This document shows, one piece after another, positions 8,594 to 12,933 of a DNA stretch of 12,933 bases. This DNA comes from Fibrobacterales bacterium (GTDB lineage Bacteria; Fibrobacterota; Fibrobacteria; Fibrobacterales; JAOPTW01): assembly GCA_051532035.1 (NCBI GenBank), contig JAOPTW010000011.1:127406-140338 (forward strand), in the 5' to 3' direction. Position 1 is the stretch's first letter. Every line of letters starts with the position of its first letter. The translations under genes and the position numbers were made by a program. The notes under the pieces were generated by a model that saw only the letters and a program-made list of their open reading frames with translations, did not search any database and was not told the DNA's origin.

Positions 8594-8953
8594 ATGTGGA
8601 AAAAGATGGATGAAAAAGAGAAAGATTTTATCATTTTTAGTGTCCAAAAAAAGAATGTGTTATTAGTTTTTCCTTTTGCCTTCGTAATTTCAATCTTAAC
8701 ATATGGCTTTGGCTATTCAAAATATATTGGCAATTTGAATATAAAGTAATTGGAAGAATTGATATCATTTCTCCCTTATGCACTCATTATCTCTATAGTT
8801 ACAAGTATTGGGGCTGTTCTTTATCCTTTATTCAAAGAGCAATATTTCTTTTGTCTAACATGTGATTACCGTAGCGCCATTAAAGAAGTTTGTGAAAATT
8901 GTAAGAAAGAACTAGTAGATGAAAATGATTATAAATGGATAGATGAAGAGTGA
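8594..8953 (+). pseudogene. Two-TM membrane protein with a C-terminal CxxC...CxxC motif, interrupted by one nonsense codon (cassette-like)
   Basis: GGAGG precedes the ATG at 8594. It reads MWKKMDEKEKDFIIF...GNLNIK* (TAA 8747-8749) and continues in the same frame as the 8750-8953 ORF (CLTC...CENC). Confidence 0.75.
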
Positions 8954-9009
8954 TTATAATATACTGTCCTTAGATAAATATTTCACTCCAGCATCCCTGC
9001 TTCCGCTCA

Positions 9010-9083
9010 GTAAACAAAAATATTTTCTTTTCTCCCAAATAGACATCATGCCAAGGCATGCCCATTCCTACGATCCACCAACA
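9010..9083 (-). repeat. Inverted repeat C, right copy
   Basis: Reverse complements of the four blocks in 7708-7787 lie at 9073-9083, 9059-9070, 9031-9044 and 9010-9027. Confidence 0.85.
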
Positions 9084-9269
9084 GCCGTAGCACGCAAGCT
9101 TTTTTCTATGCACTGAAGTGCAAAAAGCCTGCGTACTCCGCCAAGCGTTGATGTGTAAGATTCCATAATAACCAGCTGCTTCCATCAGGTAAGCATAATT
9201 ATATTCCAACACACCCAAAATAACGCACCAGCTCGCCATACCAAAATCAAAAATGCTATATTCACACTC

Positions 9270-10271
9270 ATGACCCCTATACACATCTTAATCCTCTGCA
9301 CCACCCTTATCCTAAGCCTATTCGTATTTACCGGCTGTGAAGGCTGCGCCCTCGTACAAGAACCCATGGTCGATGACGTAGTGCCTCTCGATACTATTCA
9401 ATACACCTACGAGTATGATACTACAGGATTGAGCCAAGACACTCTTACCCTGTATGCCTGGAAGGTGAACCGCTATGGCATGGAATGGACAGATACCTCA
9501 CAGACTGAACCACTGTTGATTGATAGTTCCTATGGAGTCTTTGGCTCTATACCAACAAAAAGACCGTACCGTACAGTGATACTACCCCCGCAAATTCAAA
9601 TCAACTATTATTGCATTGATTGTGCTCCAAAGAGAAATCCCTATATACCCGTCGACACTATGCATATCTCCTATCCCAATCCTCTTGATACGATCTATCT
9701 GGATGCCATCTATCGTGATTGCTACCCCAGACATGTATTCGATACCATTTGGGCTGAAGTAGATCCCGATTCAACAGAATCATTTTTAAAAAGCCATCCA
9801 CCCCGTATTACCAATAAGGATGAACTGAGGTTGTTGGTTGATACGTTGCAAGAAGGGTACAGTGTCAATGCTCCAGTTGTCGTTGAGCATATTGGGTACG
9901 ATTCAGTGTATATAGAGATCTTAAGTGATACCCTTGATTTTCTAGAAAACATAGCATATAACTGTCCTGTTCCTTCTGATGGTATGTTTTATCACCCCCC
10001 AGGAGAGCTGAGCTTCTCTGTTATAATGCGATGCCCGGTTTATCTTTTTAAGGTGTCAGTAGCGTCTTCGTTTAATAAAATCCGGCGAACGGATATAGTA
10101 ACAATGCACATGAGTCCCAATCGTACCCATGTAGGCAATGAATATGAACAAGTTATTGCAGTAAAAAACAGATATGGAGTAGGGGATACCCTGACACTAA
10201 AGAGCGTTATTGTGCCGTTTGATAGTTCTGTGTTTGAGCCTCAATTTAGAGAGCCAATAAGAGTGCAATAG
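9270..10271 (+). CDS. Hypothetical lipoprotein (333 aa)
   Basis: Long ORF; hydrophobic N-terminus ending in FTG-C; many DT/DS dipeptides and several Cys residues; no recognised family. Confidence 0.75.
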   Translation: MTPIHILILCTTLILSLFVFTGCEGCALVQEPMVDDVVPLDTIQYTYEYDTTGLSQDTLTLYAWKVNRYGMEWTDTSQTEPLLIDSSYGVFGSIPTKRPYRTVILPPQIQINYYCIDCAPKRNPYIPVDTMHISYPNPLDTIYLDAIYRDCYPRHVFDTIWAEVDPDSTESFLKSHPPRITNKDELRLLVDTLQEGYSVNAPVVVEHIGYDSVYIEILSDTLDFLENIAYNCPVPSDGMFYHPPGELSFSVIMRCPVYLFKVSVASSFNKIRRTDIVTMHMSPNRTHVGNEYEQVIAVKNRYGVGDTLTLKSVIVPFDSSVFEPQFREPIRVQ

Positions 10272-10324
10272 CATGTAAATAAAAATTACACGAATACCAT
10301 TTCAATAAAAACTCAATCAAATAA

Positions 10325-10340
10325 TGTGACGACCGTCACA
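10325..10340. promoter_or_regulatory. CRP-family consensus site
   Basis: TGTGA-CGACCG-TCACA is an exact TGTGA-N6-TCACA match, 300 bp upstream of the ATG at 10640. Confidence 0.5.
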
Positions 10341-10509
10341 AAACCCCGCCCTACAACACTTTAACAACACTCACCCGTGGTAAGCAATCGTGTAAATTTA
10401 TTTTAACCAAGTTTAATTTGCGTTAAAATTTCGACTCAAGAAACTCCATCACCGTTTTCCTAACGACTCTTTACATATAAAATACTTGAAATCTATATAG
10501 TTTTGTCGC

Positions 10510-10608
10510 GCACTTCGGGTAGTTCAATTTATTTGTTTAATACTAGTTAAAATCTTTAATAACTGAATAACCGAAGTGCAACCATTTAAAGCCCTATGTA
10601 TAAGGGCT
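10510..10608 (+). other. Structured 5' leader (long stem-loop plus short hairpin) upstream of the 283-aa gene
   Basis: GCACTTCGGGTAGTTCAATTTATT (10510-10533) pairs imperfectly with AATAACTGAATAACCGAAGTGC (10558-10579), with the outer 9 bp perfect. AGCCCT/AGGGCT hairpin at 10590-10608. Confidence 0.65.
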
Positions 10609-10639
10609 CAGACACAATTAATTTAACCATAGGAATACT

Positions 10640-11491
10640 ATGAATATTAATAACACTTATAAATCTAAAATAGCAGCACTCTCTAACCTTTCGGATAGCA
10701 AGAGCGCAGAACACTTTAACGAACTGTATGAGGCTATTCAGTCTGTTGAAGATGATGAAACGACTAAACCTAATTACTCTCTCAAAATATTTTCTAAAGA
10801 GGCTGAAGGGCTGATACCCACTATCCGCTTTCATGAAAATGCTCTCCGAGCAAAAAACTTTGATGCGAGTCATACTGTTAATATCGAAAAACTGGTAGGG
10901 GCATACCGTCATGCTCAAACACGTATGGCATGGGCTACTGATTCATATAACGATAGCATAAAACAATGGAAGACCCTTTCGCCACTTGCGTATGAACTTC
11001 GTAATGATATGCTCAATGAGTATCGCTTTATTGCTTTTGGTGATGAAGCAATGACAAAACTCCTCAAAGATGTTTCAAAAGGCACCTCAATCGCAGACCT
11101 TATCGAAGACTTGCATATTCTTGCGCATCCAACAGAGTCTGTAATAAAAAGTCTCGAAGATATTAACTTTAACCTTGATCAACTAAAATATGCTGCAAAC
11201 CTAGCGGCTGAATTGGGTCAAGTACAAAAAGAGGCTGCACTGCACCGCTTTGCAATCACTGAAGAACGTAAGATTCGTGATAAAGTGGTTACTCTCCTTA
11301 TGGTAGACGTAGCAGCGGTACAGCGTTGGGCTAAACTAGTGTTTAACAAAGACAAGAAGACCCTAGAGAAGTTCACGAGTCAGCATAAACGGTTGAAGAA
11401 TAAAGCACGCTATGAATCCGAAGACGACGAACTAGAGTTTATCGATTCAGAAGAAGACGTTCTTGATATGGTAACCGAAGAGGTCGTTTAA
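10640..11491 (+). CDS. Hypothetical alpha-helical protein (283 aa) with an acidic tail
   Basis: AGGA precedes the ATG; no signal peptide. Segments EAEGL, GAYRHAQ, WKTLSPLAYELRNDML, GTSIADLIEDL, INF, IRDKVVTLL and VF resemble an uncharacterised family I recall from Bacteroidota and other Gram-negatives (from memory, unverified). Confidence 0.9.
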   Translation: MNINNTYKSKIAALSNLSDSKSAEHFNELYEAIQSVEDDETTKPNYSLKIFSKEAEGLIPTIRFHENALRAKNFDASHTVNIEKLVGAYRHAQTRMAWATDSYNDSIKQWKTLSPLAYELRNDMLNEYRFIAFGDEAMTKLLKDVSKGTSIADLIEDLHILAHPTESVIKSLEDINFNLDQLKYAANLAAELGQVQKEAALHRFAITEERKIRDKVVTLLMVDVAAVQRWAKLVFNKDKKTLEKFTSQHKRLKNKARYESEDDELEFIDSEEDVLDMVTEEVV

Positions 11492-11581
11492 TACACTGTT
11501 GATGAATGTACTGGTAGGGGGACTCGTTTTTAGCAGAACCGAGTTCATATGTTAGCATTACCAGTACCTTCATTGTGTGTA
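11492..11581 (+). other. Long intergenic stem-loop starting at the stop codon of the 283-aa gene
   Basis: GATGAATGTACTGGTA (11501-11516) pairs with TACCAGTACCTTCATT (11559-11574); outer TACAC/GTGTA; inner GGACTCG (11520-11526) with CGAGTTC (11540-11546). No U-tract follows. Confidence 0.7.
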
Positions 11582-11602
11582 CATAATACGAGAGAGGATA
11601 CA

Positions 11603-11884
11603 ATGAATATAACTATTCCAAATAATTTCGACTTCCTGACCGTGATTCAGTGCCCATTAGATAAACTGCAATCCATGGAACAATCAGGACTCTTCCAAAA
11701 GAACCTGGCGCTTTCGGATAGTGTGTGGCTCACCAAATGTAGCAACCGTAACTTTGGCAAAATCAAAGAACTCTGCAAAAATGAAGATGAGTTCTCGATA
11801 CTCAAGGTGCGGTATACCCATGGCAGTGAGTTCTTCTCGGCAAACAATGCGGTAGAAGCAACGGGTAGGTTGGTACTGCAATGA
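11603..11884 (+). CDS. Small hypothetical protein (93 aa), tentatively a Cas2/VapD-like ferredoxin fold
   Basis: GAGGA precedes the ATG at 11603, a better start than 11549, which lies inside the stem-loop. FLTVIQ...LSDSVWLTK...KIKELCKNEDEFSILKV recalls the Cas2-like pattern (Q/D)SV(F/W)...D.h.h..h, but the N-terminal YD motif is absent. Confidence 0.65.
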   Translation: MNITIPNNFDFLTVIQCPLDKLQSMEQSGLFQKNLALSDSVWLTKCSNRNFGKIKELCKNEDEFSILKVRYTHGSEFFSANNAVEATGRLVLQ

Positions 11885-11954
11885 TAAGACCGGCGATACG
11901 CGTCTCATATTTTATCTGATTTGAATTGCTTTATTTTTTTATCAGAATTCCCGG

Positions 11955-12074
11955 CTGGTCGCAAATGGGATTTGCTGCTCGCCAAGCATCCTGACTGGTC
12001 GCAAATGAGATTTGCTGCTCGCCAAGCATCCTGACTGGTCGCAAATGGGATTTGCTGCTCGCCAAGCATCCTGA
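11955..12074. repeat. Tandem array, 3 x 40 bp, no spacers
   Basis: Unit CTGGTCGCAAATGGGATTTGCTGCTCGCCAAGCATCCTGA starts at 11955, 11995 and 12035; the only difference is G>A at 12008. Confidence 0.97.
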
Positions 12075-12380
12075 CAGTTCTGTGTCTGGGCCTTCTTTTA
12101 CTCATGTGCGGAGCGCGTATTGCAGTATGCAGCGCATTCGAAAGGATCAAATACAGGTTGAGGATGTACAGGCACATTACAACCGCGGCCTCGCATAGCG
12201 ATACCATACAACGAAGTACAGATTTCCCTAAACACAACTGAAAGGTTAAAGCTACACCATGTGCAGGATGATATTTTATGCTCAGTAACAGAGAAACCAA
12301 TACATTATGTATCGGTACAGATCAGCGTAACCTGGTCTAGATGTACAAAGCATTTGTAATGAAGCCTTCTGCAAGAATCC

Positions 12381-12420
12381 CTTTTGTCCAGTCTTTTGTG
12401 GAGACAAAAGGTCTGGCCGC
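12381..12420. repeat. REP/MITE-like palindrome
   Basis: CCAGTCTTTTGT-GGAG-ACAAAAGGTCTGG hairpin preceded by a duplicated CTTTTGT and followed by GC-rich CCGC. Only one copy in the window. Confidence 0.4.
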
Positions 12421-12488
12421 TCCAAGCCGGCGCATGGGAATCATAGTTAAAAAACAAAAATTAAAAATAATAAAGAACAAAAATCATC

Positions 12489-12684
12489 GTGGTTGATGTG
12501 TTTGAAAGTAATGCGGTTGCTCGGGCAAGGCAAGGGCAGATTGCACTTGACTGCCGTAATGAGATAACTAGAATCGCTCAAACGACCGTCACCACTGGGG
12601 TGGGCTAATACGCGTTTCATGCCGTATTTTGGTTGTAAGAAAATAGTATTAGGGGTGAGGGTATAGCTACCCCATCCCTTTTTT
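12489..12684 (+). ncRNA. Candidate structured non-coding RNA of unknown class
   Basis: Nested pairings 12489-12505/12578-12595, 12513-12518/12572-12577 and 12535-12539/12551-12555; a further CTAATAC/GTATTAG stem; ends in a terminator; no ORF in the track. Confidence 0.45.
12651..12684 (+). terminator. Intrinsic terminator
   Basis: AGGGGTGAGGGTA-TAGC-TACCCCATCCCT followed by a T-run. Confidence 0.75.
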
Positions 12685-12933
12685 GCGGCTTATTGATAAT
12701 TCTAGATAACGCTCATTATCCGGTATTATACCTTCTTTACTGCATACTTTCATGCTTATCTGGGTGAAGTTGCATTGCTAACTTATTTAGTTGAACCCAA
12801 TAGGTGATAGGAAAGATCACAAGGTTTGAAATCATGAATGGAAGCTTATTATTACTTTTTCCTGGTGAATCATTTAAGTCCAAATAGCTCAATTCATTTA
12901 AATATGTTCATTTAATACATCAATTACATGGTC

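Noticed and set aside
8970..9367. Minus-strand ORFs 8970-9284 and 9185-9367
   Set aside because: They run through non-coding repeat C or antisense to the 9270 gene and have atypical composition.
9722..11908. Antisense ORFs 9722-9952, 10586-10918, 11647-11847 and 11684-11908
   Set aside because: They overlap better-supported plus-strand genes.
11955..12074. CRISPR array
   Set aside because: The repeats are contiguous with no unique spacers, and no cas1 or effector gene is present.
11905..12300. 131-aa minus-strand ORF
   Set aside because: It crosses the 40-bp array in three different registers and has no recognisable domain; probably spurious.
12150..12350. Recurrent TACA words suggesting a degenerate periodic repeat
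   Set aside because: The spacings are irregular and I could not establish a period by eye; autocorrelation would be needed.
12690..12933. Possible decayed minus-strand gene at the window edge
   Set aside because: Only short open stretches in different frames, with no recognisable motif; needs downstream sequence.

Overview
AT-rich bacterial accessory region. The FISUMP-domain gene and Ser-rich lipoproteins suggest Fibrobacterota, but this is inference. In order the window holds: the 3' end of a collagen-like/FISUMP gene with its terminator; a co-oriented run of orphan exported-protein ORFs (1147-3561) separated by decayed copies of an intergenic repeat and attC-like half-sites; a transposase-free IS-end relic (3712-3904); a serine-hydrolase lipoprotein and selO on the minus strand; two nonsense-interrupted genes separated by an intact 58-bp attC-type site and bracketed by ~75-bp inverted repeats (7708-9083); and an orphan lipoprotein. 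The most unusual part is 10325-12684. There a 283-aa helical protein lies between two long stem-loops and is followed by a 93-aa possibly Cas2/VapD-fold ORF, a 3 x 40-bp spacer-less hairpin array, a REP-like hairpin, and a ~200-nt structured non-coding stretch ending in a terminator. No integrase, transposase, reverse transcriptase, rRNA, tRNA or true CRISPR array is visible. All family calls are by eye; no searches or folding programs were run.
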